This document shows, in pieces, positions 36,063 through 46,605 of a stretch of DNA of 64,000 bases. Location: the IMG/VR virus record IMGVR_UViG_3300022562_001344, positions 1 through 64,000 of that record; one strand, 5' to 3'. Under the pieces are notes generated by a model that worked only from the letters and a program-made list of their open reading frames with translations, was not told the DNA's origin and searched no databases. Source of the stretch: a virus. The position numbers and the translations under genes were made by a program. Every line of letters starts with the position of its first letter. The stretch's first letter is position 1.

Positions 36063-36668
36063 ATGAGCGAAGGTCCCCCCACTGACGAAAACGGCGAAGA
36101 AGGGAAGGGCAGGAAGAGCCCGAACCTCATAGTCTTGCCCGGCGGAAAGGAGCTGGATCCCTCCGACGTCGGGGCCGGATATGTCGTGAGGCAGACCGGG
36201 GACGTCCCCACCCCGGACATCATGGACCCCGTCCAGGCGGACGAGGAGGTGCGGCGCCGCGACAGGTTCGTCCAGGGCGAGAAGCTTGTTAAGGCCGCCC
36301 ACAACGGTGCGACGACCGGCGAGATGATGGAGCTCCTGGTCAAGGAGATCACCGAGGAGCTCGCTCACCTGAAGTTCGAGCGCAAGAAGGCGTCCGAGGA
36401 GGGAAAAAATACGGCCAACTACAGCGTCGGCCGGATGAACAGCCTCAAGTCTCTGGCGGAACTCCTCCTGAAGTGCCGTGAAGCCGATCGAGCCGAGGCC
36501 CTGGATCTGAAGTCCCCCCGTTTCCAGGCCGTCTTCAAGATATGGATGGAGTTCTTTAACGAGGCCATGGAGAAGGCGGGGATCCGCCCTCAGGACATTG
36601 ACCTCGTCTTCCAGCAGATGAAGGCGGACATGGTGGACTGGGAAAAGCGTATGACCGATGTGCGTTAG
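36063..36668 (+). CDS. Probable terminase small subunit
   Basis: Helical 201 aa immediately upstream of TerL (positional inference). Confidence 0.45.
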   Translation: MSEGPPTDENGEEGKGRKSPNLIVLPGGKELDPSDVGAGYVVRQTGDVPTPDIMDPVQADEEVRRRDRFVQGEKLVKAAHNGATTGEMMELLVKEITEELAHLKFERKKASEEGKNTANYSVGRMNSLKSLAELLLKCREADRAEALDLKSPRFQAVFKIWMEFFNEAMEKAGIRPQDIDLVFQQMKADMVDWEKRMTDVR

Positions 36669-36685
36669 CGCTCCTGGCGAGACCG

Positions 36686-38641
36686 ATGCCGAGTACTGAG
36701 AAGCCCGACAAGAGCCGTCTTAGCGGCGTGGTGGACTCGGTCCTGAACGCTCGGCGCAGGGCTCGCGGCGATGATCAGCCCGAGTTTCTGAACATAATCG
36801 AGTTCATCGACAGGTTCAACCTTCTTCCGGACGGGCTCTTCCCGGTCCAGAAGTTTATCCTGAAGCTGTACTACGACATCCCGCTCGACGACACCGTTCC
36901 GGAGAAGGAAAGCGATAAGATCAAGATCACCGACAGGTACGGGAACTTCAAGGGGTACCTGTCCGAGGTTCAGTATCTCCAATACCTGTACGAGCAGGGC
37001 CGGTGCAACATCAAAGAGCAAGGCGGTAGGCCTCGCCGCGAGCTTATTCTCGTCCTCGGTCGCCGGTCCGGGAAGAGCACGCTCAGCTCCATCATCACCG
37101 TGTATGAGCTCTACCGGCTCCTGGTCCGCGGCCAGCCTCAGTCCTACTACGGCGTCCCGGACGGGAGCGAGATACGCATTATGTGCGTTGCCAACGACAA
37201 GGACCAGGCGGAGATCGTCTACCAGGTCATATCGAACTACACGACGACGCTCGACTACTTTTCCGACTCCCTCGTCCATGACACGAAGACCTACCAGAGG
37301 TTCCAGACCGCCAGGGACGTCGAGAAATTTGGGAAGGGGGACCTAAAGAACGGCGGGAAGGGGACGCTCACGGTCACCTTCAAGAGCTCCGTCGCCAAGG
37401 GCCTCCGCGGCCGCGGCAATATCGTCGTGATCCTCGACGAGATTGCGTTCTTCGTGGACGACGGGAAGTCCTCTGCGAAGCAGATATACAGGGCCATCAC
37501 CCCGGCCACGAAGCAGTTCTCCCCGAAGGACCCGACGGACAAGCGCGTCCCCATAGGTCCGACGGAGGGCCGCGTCATCCTCATCTCGTCCCCGGACGCG
37601 AAGGAGGGGTTCTTCTTTCAGCAATACCAGACAAGCAAGTCAGGCGGCAAAGCCGCTCGGGACATGCTCATGATCCAGGCCCCGACCTGGGAGGTTAACC
37701 CGACCCTCAGCCCGGAGGACTACGAGATCGAGTATGCGAAGGCGCCCAGCGATTTCGAGACGGAGTACGGGGCCAAGTTCTCTGACCGTGTCCGGGGCTG
37801 GATCGAGAACGCCAAGGATCTGACTGACTGCATAATTCCCGGCCTCGTCCCTCTGCCGAGGGGGAACCCGAGGGAACCTTTCTTTGCCGGCCTGGACTTC
37901 GGCATAGCCCAGGACGGGACCTCCGTCAGCCTCACCCACCTGACGGAGGGGCGCATCCAGCTCGGATACCACGAGACCTGGTACGCCGGGAAGCGCTGGG
38001 AAGAGTCAAACCCACACCTCGTTGGCCCACTCGTCCCCTACGCCAGGACTCTCCAGGACGTGGACCGTCTCGACATTGACGAGATCATCGATTGGCTCGT
38101 GATCCTGTCGAAGCGCTTCTACATAGAGAAGGGCCTTTTCGACCAGTACGCCGGCCACATCTTCGAGCAGAAGCTCCATAAGTCCGGCCTCCGGCAGTTC
38201 GAGATGCGGAAGTTCACCGCAGCAGAGGCTTCCTCGTGCTACGGGAACGCCCGCTTTCTGATGTACGCGCATCAGCTCGGCCTGTACGACTATCCGATCC
38301 CGGAACAGTCCTCCGGGATTGAGCTTAGCGAGGATCTCCACTCTCCGCACATCGTCGAGCTCCTCGAGCTCCAGGCCTCCTCCGGAGGGAAGAACATCAC
38401 GGTTGTCGAAGCTCCGAAAGTCCAGGGGAAGCACGATGACTTCTCCGACAGCCTCGTCAGGAGCTGCATGCTTGCTGCCGAGTATGTCCGGGAGAACCCG
38501 GATGCCCTCGAGTTGAGTCAACATCGGATCGTGGTCCCGACCCAAGCCAGGGCCGTCGGGTACCACCAGTTCCATCGCGCCAGGGCCCGTATACACGGCC
38601 CGCCTCCCCGGGAGCGCCGGGTCTTCCCCCGTCGAAGATAG
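36686..38641 (+). CDS. terL: Terminase large subunit
   Basis: Walker A LGRRSGKS, Walker B VILDEIAF, ISSP, nuclease GLDFG...FDQ...HDDFSD. Confidence 0.93.
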   Translation: MPSTEKPDKSRLSGVVDSVLNARRRARGDDQPEFLNIIEFIDRFNLLPDGLFPVQKFILKLYYDIPLDDTVPEKESDKIKITDRYGNFKGYLSEVQYLQYLYEQGRCNIKEQGGRPRRELILVLGRRSGKSTLSSIITVYELYRLLVRGQPQSYYGVPDGSEIRIMCVANDKDQAEIVYQVISNYTTTLDYFSDSLVHDTKTYQRFQTARDVEKFGKGDLKNGGKGTLTVTFKSSVAKGLRGRGNIVVILDEIAFFVDDGKSSAKQIYRAITPATKQFSPKDPTDKRVPIGPTEGRVILISSPDAKEGFFFQQYQTSKSGGKAARDMLMIQAPTWEVNPTLSPEDYEIEYAKAPSDFETEYGAKFSDRVRGWIENAKDLTDCIIPGLVPLPRGNPREPFFAGLDFGIAQDGTSVSLTHLTEGRIQLGYHETWYAGKRWEESNPHLVGPLVPYARTLQDVDRLDIDEIIDWLVILSKRFYIEKGLFDQYAGHIFEQKLHKSGLRQFEMRKFTAAEASSCYGNARFLMYAHQLGLYDYPIPEQSSGIELSEDLHSPHIVELLELQASSGGKNITVVEAPKVQGKHDDFSDSLVRSCMLAAEYVRENPDALELSQHRIVVPTQARAVGYHQFHRARARIHGPPPRERRVFPRRR

Positions 38642-38666
38642 GCCTGTTATCCCTTCTGACAGCCGG

Positions 38667-38936
38667 ATGAAGGACCTCGACGTAAAGGACACGGCTGCGT
38701 ACCGGATCATTCGTCAGGTCGTCGACCACACCTGGGGCTCGGACGAGAAGCTCGACGACGACGAGGTCGTGTCCCTTTGCCGGGACTTTAAGGACCTCGG
38801 CGGGACTTGGAGGGGGATAATGGACGGCGACATGGGATGCGTCAAAGCCCTCGAGAACGCTATCGACGCCCACATACGCTTCCGAATGTTGTCTAGAGCC
38901 GCGTCAAAGCTGGTGAGAGACAGCTCTTACAGGTAG
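38667..38936 (+). CDS. Hypothetical protein
   Basis: Clean ORF with the late-type motif 28 nt upstream. Confidence 0.65.
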   Translation: MKDLDVKDTAAYRIIRQVVDHTWGSDEKLDDDEVVSLCRDFKDLGGTWRGIMDGDMGCVKALENAIDAHIRFRMLSRAASKLVRDSSYR

Positions 38937-38944
38937 GGTTCGGC

Positions 38945-39565
38945 GTGGCTGACCCATCCGAAACCCGGACGGACCCTGCCGTCCCCACCCTCACGAAGGA
39001 GCGTCGTCCCACGCCGAAAGAGCGTGTGAGGGAGTCCATGGCCGGAGACCTTAGGTCCGCCATGAACGCCTCCGAGCGCATGTCTTTGAAGCTCGAGGAG
39101 GCCACGAAGGAGCTCCGTGCGGCCCTGCAGTCAGCCCTCGCTCTGGAGCAGGAGGCGCCCCGGGGAGGCCGGGACCAGGCTGACCGGTTCGTCAAGGACC
39201 TGTCTCTCGCCGTCCGGACCCTAGATTCTCTCGCCTCCCGCGCCAGGCAGTCCCTTGATGAGGCTTCCTCCCGGAAGGCGGCTCATTTGGAGGCACACGA
39301 GAAGGTCTGTTCGAGGATCGACTCCTCCATGTCTCGCGTCCGTGCGGCCCTCGAGGCCGCCGTCCTCCTGGACCGCGTCTCCGGTTCCGGCTTCAACGTT
39401 GAGGTCCGCCTGAATCGTCGCCTCGGGGTTCGGGACATCGTCCGGACTCTTCACACGGCCCACGTCCAGCTTTCGAGGTCTGTTCGCCTTTCGAGAGCGA
39501 AGGCCAGCTCCCACGATCGGGCTGTCACAGACCTTCTGGACGAGACGGGTTCGACCTTCGAATGA
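38945..39565 (+). CDS. Helical hypothetical protein
   Basis: TAGGGT + 5 nt + GTG. Confidence 0.65.
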   Translation: MADPSETRTDPAVPTLTKERRPTPKERVRESMAGDLRSAMNASERMSLKLEEATKELRAALQSALALEQEAPRGGRDQADRFVKDLSLAVRTLDSLASRARQSLDEASSRKAAHLEAHEKVCSRIDSSMSRVRAALEAAVLLDRVSGSGFNVEVRLNRRLGVRDIVRTLHTAHVQLSRSVRLSRAKASSHDRAVTDLLDETGSTFE

Positions 39566-39595
39566 TACGCCTTTTGGACGACCAGGTAACGAGAC

Positions 39596-41395
39596 ATGGC
39601 CGCTAGCAAAAAGGGCACCGGGCAGGGACGCACCCGCGTAGGTCAGCCCATCCAGTACGTGGACGACCAGAAGGTCCCCAGCAACCGCCTCACGAAGCTC
39701 GAGAGACAGGCGCGCAGGGAAGCCGCCCAGTCCATCCGGGTCGCGTCGCTCGGGTTCGGAAGCTTTGGGAATAGTGGGCCCGGTTCCATTCTCAACGCTG
39801 ACTCCCAGTTCTACAGCCCCCAGCTCTCCACCGACTTCCTCGAGCTACCCCAGTCGGAGCGCGAGAAGCGCGAGCTCTTCCGGTTCTGGTACACGACACA
39901 CCCGATCGTCGGCGCGTCTATCGACTTTCACACCGACGTCCCGATGTCGAAGATCCGTCTTTCCCTCCCGAAGGCGAAGGATAAGACGCGGGCGAAGCAA
40001 ATTCTGCACTTCTATCAGCAGATGTGCAAGCGGATCAAGCTTTTCCAGGTCCTGTACGACGCGACTCATGAGTACTGGCTGCACGGGAACGTCTTCATTT
40101 TCTGTGAGGACGACGACATGGCGTCGGACATCCCGGAATCGGCCCTCGTTGACGAGAAGGAAGAAGAGGTCGGAGCCGTCGACTACGCCGGACGACTCGA
40201 GCGAAGGAGCATCAAGAAGAAGATCCCGAAGCCCGAGAAGGAGCGCGAGAAGATCATCCACAAGCTCGTGCAGGACAAGTACCAGGGATGGCAGCGCCTG
40301 CAGATCCTTCCTCCGGAGCAGGTGAGGCTCGAGGTCTTCCAGTACACGGACAAGACGCGCATGGAGCTCATCCCGTCCGAGAAGGACAGGATGGTCGTCC
40401 TGAAGGCGGAGCAGCAGGGGGACTCCGACGCCGCCAGGATCGCGAACGACATGCCCGAGCAGATCCGTGAGAATCTGCTCAACGGCCAGCCCATACCGCT
40501 GAACACGAGCCCGTACGAGGACTTTCTTTGTTCCTCGTTCTGCTACCACCTCTCGCACAAGAAGTCGGCCTACGACGATCGGGGTATCTCCATCCTCGAG
40601 CGCTGTCTCCGAACTCTCCTATATCAGGATAAGCTTCGTCAGGCCCAGACCCAGATCGCCTCCCGCGCCATGACCCCGAAGCGGGTCGTTTGGGCGGACA
40701 AGATGAGCCAGACCGACGTCGACGACGTCCGGGATCAGATCGATCAGGCGCTCATCGACCCGGACTTCACCGTCGTCACGAACTTCGAGCTGCACTGGGA
40801 CGAGATCGGGTCCCGGGACAGGCTCCTCGACCTTTCCGTCGAGTACGAGATCACGAACAAGCTCTTGTTCATAGGCCTGCGCATCACCGAGTCGATGCTG
40901 ACCGGCGAGAGCACCTACGCCGGCGAGCGCATCCATCTCGATGTGATGAACACGATGTACCTCCTTTACCGGGAGACCATCGCACAGTTTGTCGAGGAGC
41001 AGCTCTTCGCCCCGGTGGCAGAAAAGAAGGGGTTCTGGGAGGAGGACGAGGCAGGGAATAAGGTCCTGCTCTATCCCAAGCTCCAGTTCACGCGGCTCGC
41101 TCTGCGCGACAACACCGAGCTCCAGGACTTTATGTTCAACCTGTATCAGAAGGGCTCGATGCCCGTCTCGTACATCTACGAGCTCCTGAACATCGACGTG
41201 GACGACGCGCACGCGGAGCTCCTTAAGGACTTCCTGACTCTCAAGGACTCGACGATGAATGAGCTCATTCGGGAGCTCCTCTCCACCGTCGGGAGCGCCT
41301 TCGCGGACGAGACGAACGCCAAGGAGCTCATCGCGAAGAACCTCGGCCTCATCCTTCAGGATAAGGAAAGCGACCGCTTCGGCAAGGAGGAGTAG
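39596..41395 (+). CDS. Portal protein
   Basis: HPIVGASIDFH, EYWLHGNVF, DRGISILERC, FIGLRITESMLTGE, YPKLQF; 599 aa between TerL and the protease. Confidence 0.82.
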   Translation: MAASKKGTGQGRTRVGQPIQYVDDQKVPSNRLTKLERQARREAAQSIRVASLGFGSFGNSGPGSILNADSQFYSPQLSTDFLELPQSEREKRELFRFWYTTHPIVGASIDFHTDVPMSKIRLSLPKAKDKTRAKQILHFYQQMCKRIKLFQVLYDATHEYWLHGNVFIFCEDDDMASDIPESALVDEKEEEVGAVDYAGRLERRSIKKKIPKPEKEREKIIHKLVQDKYQGWQRLQILPPEQVRLEVFQYTDKTRMELIPSEKDRMVVLKAEQQGDSDAARIANDMPEQIRENLLNGQPIPLNTSPYEDFLCSSFCYHLSHKKSAYDDRGISILERCLRTLLYQDKLRQAQTQIASRAMTPKRVVWADKMSQTDVDDVRDQIDQALIDPDFTVVTNFELHWDEIGSRDRLLDLSVEYEITNKLLFIGLRITESMLTGESTYAGERIHLDVMNTMYLLYRETIAQFVEEQLFAPVAEKKGFWEEDEAGNKVLLYPKLQFTRLALRDNTELQDFMFNLYQKGSMPVSYIYELLNIDVDDAHAELLKDFLTLKDSTMNELIRELLSTVGSAFADETNAKELIAKNLGLILQDKESDRFGKEE

Positions 41396-41441
41396 CTCGC
41401 CCTTTCATGTCGGGGCTGGCTGAACGCCTCAGGAATATCTG

Positions 41442-43670
41442 ATGCCTAGCGATCTCTCACCCGTCGAGAAGGAGGAGCGCGAAGTTGAGCGGCTCGTGCA
41501 CAAGAGGCCCCCTCCTAGCCGGAAAAACCGACCGAGGCGGGGTCCGAAGCACGACAATCGGCGCCGGCGCATGAAGACGGAGGACCCGGACCTGAAGGGC
41601 GGGGATCCAGACATGTCCCTGAACCGGAAGACGCAGGGGTCCGTCGCCCTGGCTGCGGCTCGGATCGTCTTGGCTAAGACTGCGGACGACCTCGACGCTG
41701 TCGTCGACAGCTTCACCGACGACCTTCACAGCGTGTCCCCGGCCCTCGCCAAGGACTTCTCCAAGTACGCCGAAAGCCAGCACGTCGAATGGGTCAAGGA
41801 GGGATGGGCGGACGAAGACGCAATCAAGAAGGAGATATCGGACATCACCAAGATGTCCTCGAGCTTCAAGAAGCTCGGCAGGTCTCTCTCGAGCGTCTTG
41901 CGCCGGGCTGACGCCGAGGACATTCCTGAAATCGTTTCTCAGCACTGGCCGTCCGGGCCCAGGGGGTGGGCTGAGCGGGGGGCCGTCCTCGATGGCCTTC
42001 TTTCCGCGATTGATTCTGTACGCCTTCCTCAGGCTTACAAGGTTCCGTTCTTGCGCGGGAACCCGACCGACGCTCTCCAGGACCGCAAGCTCCTACGTAA
42101 GCTCATCGAGTCTTCCGGATCTGCCGCCCAGTCGACCGAGGAGGACATCCTCCGGTTCTCGCAGCTCGCGGCCGCATACCAGCTTCTCTCTGCTAACCCG
42201 GAGTCAGTGAGCGTAGAGTCCATGCGGTCCGGCATGGACGACTTGGCCAAGGAGCTCGACGAGAGCTCGAAAGAGCTGTTCGAGCTCGGAGAGATTCTCG
42301 ACGCCTGGGTCTCAACTTCCAAGGAGTTTAAGCCGTCGAAGTCCAGGAGTCCGACGTTCGAGAGCACTCGGGACTACAACCGTGTCCTCAGTAGCCTCGA
42401 TGATTTCTTCAACAGCAGCGAAATCGTTGACCCGGGCCCGGTCATAGACGAGCTCGAGGAATACGCGAAGGAGAACTTCGAGTCCTTGCCCCCGGAGCTC
42501 GAGGGGATGTTCGAGGGGTTCAAGCGTGCAGCAGCTTCTAATAAGCCCTGCGGTGAGGCCATGTCCAAGCGTGTAGCTACGTATCACGGAGTCGTGGATC
42601 AGAGGGGCAACCCGGTCCAGACTACGAACACCGGATACAAGTCGTTCCACAGCCGGCACTTCACCGAGGAGAACTACAAGGCCATCCTCGCGTACGCCGA
42701 CGCGCTGTTGGAAGAACCTTGGCTGAAGTACGGGTGGGACGGCGGATCCAAGGACGCCCAGATCAGGGCGGCGCTGGATCTCGCTATCCACATGGCCGAC
42801 GAGAGCCTCTATCAGTCGAAGATCGACGTTGACACGTACAACCTTCTTTACGCCCGCTTCGCCAAGACGGGCCAGGACACTTTCTCAGAGACCGTCATAC
42901 CCGAGCAGGGGAAGGTCGGCAAGAAGAGGAGCGCGAAAGAGATGAGGAACCGACAGGCGTACCAGAACATCGTCCGCGTCGCGAGCGAGCTCAGGACGAA
43001 GGATCCTGCCGCTGCCCTCGACATCATCAAGAACCTCAGGAGCCTCGTCTCTTCGGATGTCGATCCTGCGGACTCGATCCAGTCCCACGTCGCCCTCGAG
43101 GAGACGGACGCCGAGCCCGCTCAGGCCCCGCAGGACCTCGTCGGCGGGTGCGAGGCCGGCGCCGACGAGGAGGAGACTGCCCAGACTATGGTCGAGCAGG
43201 AGCGCGTCTCCCAGGATCCCGGGGACACGCTCGAGTTCCGCTCCATGGGCGACTCCGACTTCAAGAAGCTCAAGCAGGACCTGAAGCGGGAAGTCGATCA
43301 GCTCTTCAGTGAAGACGACGTCGACGCCTTCCTCTCCGGGTTCGAGAACATCATCGCCGACGTGGAGAAGAAGACTGCTTCGGCTCTTGGAGACGGTGTC
43401 CCCCTCTCCGTCCTCATCAAGCTTGCCGCGGCTTCGCCGGAGGCGAAGTTCCTCCTCGGCCCGGTCATCGTGGCCGCGAAGAAGAAGAAGGACAAGAAGA
43501 AGGCCCCGAAGAAGGGGAAGAAGGCTCCGAAGAAGGATAAGGGCCCCGAGTCCAAGTCCGCTCCCCCGTTCGGCGGCAAGAAGGCTCCGCCCTTCGGCGG
43601 CAAGAAGGCTCCGCCCTTCGGCGGCAAGAAGAAGAAGGCTTCCCTCACCGTCGAGGACGCCAACTGGTGA
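41442..43670 (+). CDS. Large multi-module putative internal head protein with a Lys-rich tail
   Basis: KTA, RVAT, RVAS and KTAS motifs; possible internal start at 42561 (GAGG RBS). Confidence 0.75.
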   Translation: MPSDLSPVEKEEREVERLVHKRPPPSRKNRPRRGPKHDNRRRRMKTEDPDLKGGDPDMSLNRKTQGSVALAAARIVLAKTADDLDAVVDSFTDDLHSVSPALAKDFSKYAESQHVEWVKEGWADEDAIKKEISDITKMSSSFKKLGRSLSSVLRRADAEDIPEIVSQHWPSGPRGWAERGAVLDGLLSAIDSVRLPQAYKVPFLRGNPTDALQDRKLLRKLIESSGSAAQSTEEDILRFSQLAAAYQLLSANPESVSVESMRSGMDDLAKELDESSKELFELGEILDAWVSTSKEFKPSKSRSPTFESTRDYNRVLSSLDDFFNSSEIVDPGPVIDELEEYAKENFESLPPELEGMFEGFKRAAASNKPCGEAMSKRVATYHGVVDQRGNPVQTTNTGYKSFHSRHFTEENYKAILAYADALLEEPWLKYGWDGGSKDAQIRAALDLAIHMADESLYQSKIDVDTYNLLYARFAKTGQDTFSETVIPEQGKVGKKRSAKEMRNRQAYQNIVRVASELRTKDPAAALDIIKNLRSLVSSDVDPADSIQSHVALEETDAEPAQAPQDLVGGCEAGADEEETAQTMVEQERVSQDPGDTLEFRSMGDSDFKKLKQDLKREVDQLFSEDDVDAFLSGFENIIADVEKKTASALGDGVPLSVLIKLAAASPEAKFLLGPVIVAAKKKKDKKKAPKKGKKAPKKDKGPESKSAPPFGGKKAPPFGGKKAPPFGGKKKKASLTVEDANW
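43560..43631 (+). repeat. 24-nt tandem repeat x3 encoding APPFGGKK
   Basis: Units GCTCCSCCSTTCGGCGGCAAGAAG at 43560, 43584 and 43608. Confidence 0.9.
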
Positions 43671-43713
43671 GGCTTCTATGCCTGCCGAAACGTTGACACC
43701 TGGGAGATCCACG

Positions 43714-44196
43714 ATGGACAAGAAGATTGCAAGCCAGATGCTGACGAAGTTGGAGGCCACCGCCAACGACGTCGAGGCCCTCGTCAAGGCGGGGAAGGTC
43801 GATCCGCGCGAGGCGTCGAAGCTCGTCCGCAACATCGACAGTTTCTCGGACAAGATCGAGATTGCGGCATACGGCGAGAAGTCCTTCAACGCCCGTAGGG
43901 CGAAGGTCCTCATGAAGGAGCCGGACGAGCCCTACATGGACACCTTCGAGAACCCGAACAAGGTCATCGACGGCGACAAGGACGAGCCCTACATGCACGA
44001 CTCGGGCGCGTCCTTCAACGGGAAGAGCATCCCGACCTACGATCAGGACAACACCCACAGCATGTCCGAGCGCGACGAGTTCAACGTCCGCGACTTGAGC
44101 GAGTGGGCGGACGGGACGAAGCAGCAGCCGTCCTGGCCCGGCGGCTCGGCCGGTAAGAGCACGAAGCAGGGATCCACCAAGACCTGGGCCCCCTGA
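43714..44196 (+). CDS. Putative head protein
   Basis: GGGAG RBS; KKIAS; DEPYM twice. Confidence 0.75.
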   Translation: MDKKIASQMLTKLEATANDVEALVKAGKVDPREASKLVRNIDSFSDKIEIAAYGEKSFNARRAKVLMKEPDEPYMDTFENPNKVIDGDKDEPYMHDSGASFNGKSIPTYDQDNTHSMSERDEFNVRDLSEWADGTKQQPSWPGGSAGKSTKQGSTKTWAP

Positions 44197-44248
44197 GCGT
44201 CCTTCTCCCGGGTAGCTCCGGCCAGGTGTTTGAGCACTGAGCACTGAG

Positions 44249-45097
44249 ATGAGGACGCGGACCGCTTTCGTAGACGACATGCAGGCGGCGAAGGACTTCG
44301 CCACCGGCGACATTGTGCGCAGGATGGGCTACAGGGAGATGCTCCCGGGTCCGTTCGCCGGCCGTGTCATCTATTCGAACCCGCACACTGGGAAGGTCCA
44401 CGTTCAGTGGCCGTGGGGCGACGAAGAGGAGCCCGCGACCGAGCTGGTCCGCGACCTTTCCGGTGAGGTGGCTGTCAACGGGGCCCTGGACTCCATGTAC
44501 TCGACGTGGGAGGGTTCCAGGCTCATCAACGACCCGATCACGGCGAAGTCCGACAAGAAGTGGTTCGAGGGCCTCCTCAAGAAGGACGAGAAATGGCGTA
44601 AGCAGGTCGCCGCCGACCTGTCCATCTCCGGCGACCGCCTCTTGCGCCTCGCCAGAATCGTCCAGGCCTACGAACTCCGGACGAAGCCGGTCTGGATCGC
44701 CGCCTGTAAGGCCTGGTACAAGGGCATCGACGAAATATCCGCCTTCCGCCGCATCGCCAGGATGCACGCGAAGGACTTCGGGATCGACGCCGTCAGGCTC
44801 ACGGTCTCGAACCTGTACGGGCTGGCCTCCAATCCCGACCCACGCCTCGCTCTGTATTGGAAGGACGGCGGGCGGAAGTACAAGGTTACGAAGAGGGAGA
44901 GGGACTCCGGGTCGCTTTCCTGTCCGAGGTGCAGGAATTCCCTGAAGCCGCGGACCTACCGGCACCAGAAGAGGGTCCTCCAGTGCCGTGGGTGCGGTTT
45001 CACGATCTCGCCGAAGGACCTCATCTGGGACGCAGATCCCGAGGTCTCCCCGTCCGCTGTCGTGGACCCCGTGAACCCCGTGGAGCCCACGCCGTGA
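44249..45097 (+). CDS. Putative virion protein with C-terminal zinc ribbon
   Basis: MRTRTA; CPRC...CRGC. Confidence 0.75.
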   Translation: MRTRTAFVDDMQAAKDFATGDIVRRMGYREMLPGPFAGRVIYSNPHTGKVHVQWPWGDEEEPATELVRDLSGEVAVNGALDSMYSTWEGSRLINDPITAKSDKKWFEGLLKKDEKWRKQVAADLSISGDRLLRLARIVQAYELRTKPVWIAACKAWYKGIDEISAFRRIARMHAKDFGIDAVRLTVSNLYGLASNPDPRLALYWKDGGRKYKVTKRERDSGSLSCPRCRNSLKPRTYRHQKRVLQCRGCGFTISPKDLIWDADPEVSPSAVVDPVNPVEPTP

Positions 45098-46098
45098 ACG
45101 CCGCCAAGAATCTCCTTCGGATCGCGGCCTCCATCGAGGCCTCCGATCCGATCCTCTCCTACGAGCTCTCCTCGAATGTCCGCCGGATAGTCGGGGACCA
45201 CGTTCGCGTCTCTGTCGTCAACCCCGGGGTGAAGACCTTCGAGGAGTACGTCGAGCAGATGGTTGCGGTCCTGAAGTCCCTCGAGCAGGAGCTCGAGACC
45301 GCCCTCACGGACCTCGACGATGCGCGCGAGTTCGCGAAGTTCTTCACCGAGGGCCTTGCCGAGGAGGAAGAGCTCAAGCAGCTCCTCGAGAAGTCGAGAT
45401 CTCTCGGAAAGGTCGCGTCGACAGCTGGGTTCGGAGACTGGTTCAAGGGAGTCGTCAACCTCTTCCGTAGCGAGAACAAAGAGGATGAAGAGTCCGGCGC
45501 CCAGCCGTCTTACACACTCGACGAGGGCACGATCGACGACTTCGTCGAGGGCAGCTCCGAGTGGGCCGACGCGTCCCACTACATCGAGCAGGAGTTCCGG
45601 GAGAACAAGGAGTTCTTCGGAGGGGCGGACGAGGTCCTGGCCGCGCTCGGCGACCTGAAGCAGTCCCCGACCGAAGACGGCGTGAAGTCTCTCCTCGAGA
45701 AGGTGAAGCAGTACATTCGCTTCGGCGAGCGCATGCTCAACGGAGTGCGGAAGCACCTTTTGGAGCCGGCCGCCAAGATCACGCTCGAGGAGGACGAGGA
45801 GCCGGCCGCCAAGGGCGGGACCGGCCCGGACCTCAAAGTTGACCTGGAGGACACGGTCGGCCACTACATTGACGCCCTCCGCGGGGCCCTCGGTGATGAG
45901 AAGAAGACCGTCAACCTCCTGAAGGAGCTGTTCGGGAAGGTGGAGCCTCTCGTCCAGGAGGAGAGGGGTGAGATCAGCTTCGCCGCGCGCCTGGAGGCCA
46001 GGCGTCGGATCCTTCCGGTGCTCGTCAAGCTCGCGCACTCCAGGCCGAGCACGCGCCCGGTCCTCCTGCCGATCATCAGGCAGGCGGTCGGCCGCTAG
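45094..46098 (+). CDS. Acidic putative internal head protein, partly paralogous to 41442..43670
   Basis: NLLRIAASIEASDP, KVASTA, LVKLAHSRPSTRPVLLPII. Confidence 0.75.
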   Translation: MNAAKNLLRIAASIEASDPILSYELSSNVRRIVGDHVRVSVVNPGVKTFEEYVEQMVAVLKSLEQELETALTDLDDAREFAKFFTEGLAEEEELKQLLEKSRSLGKVASTAGFGDWFKGVVNLFRSENKEDEESGAQPSYTLDEGTIDDFVEGSSEWADASHYIEQEFRENKEFFGGADEVLAALGDLKQSPTEDGVKSLLEKVKQYIRFGERMLNGVRKHLLEPAAKITLEEDEEPAAKGGTGPDLKVDLEDTVGHYIDALRGALGDEKKTVNLLKELFGKVEPLVQEERGEISFAARLEARRRILPVLVKLAHSRPSTRPVLLPIIRQAVGR

Positions 46099-46547
46099 CT
46101 CTCCATGACCGCCTGGACCTCCTCCAGGTCCAGGCCGATGCGTAGCTGTTCGATCAGCCCGAGCCAGAACTTGGTCGGCCCCCACTCCGTCTTTCCATCA
46201 CGGGCTGCGAGGAGGACCACCACCCACCTGGGCGGGCTCGACATTCCGGCCAGTGACAAGGCCATCCCGAGCGCCGACTCCATGAGCTCCGACGGCTCGT
46301 CCCCGGTCCATCTCCTTCTTCCTCCCCCCTTCTTGCTGTCCAGGATCAACCCCCGCTGCTTTTCCTTCTTCGGTATGCGGACTTCGTAGACGATCCCGAG
46401 CATCCCGTTGTGTCTGCCGACCCGAAGGCACTTTTCCGGATCGAATAGGGTGAGCCTTCTGGATGGGAGCTCCAGCAAGTATCCGTCCCTCTTCTTTGAG
46501 AGCCTCAGCCACGGTTTTTGTCTTCGTCCGTCCCTCGTCGGCCACAT
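46095..46547 (-). CDS. Hypothetical protein ending in VQAVMES
   Basis: TACCCT + 5 nt + ATG at 46547; antisense to the head operon. Confidence 0.6.
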   Translation of the reverse strand: MWPTRDGRRQKPWLRLSKKRDGYLLELPSRRLTLFDPEKCLRVGRHNGMLGIVYEVRIPKKEKQRGLILDSKKGGGRRRWTGDEPSELMESALGMALSLAGMSSPPRWVVVLLAARDGKTEWGPTKFWLGLIEQLRIGLDLEEVQAVMES

Positions 46548-46605
46548 GCCGGAGGGTACGCCGCGGACGCTCAGATTTTGATGCTCTTCCTTCGGCAGGG
46601 CCTCC

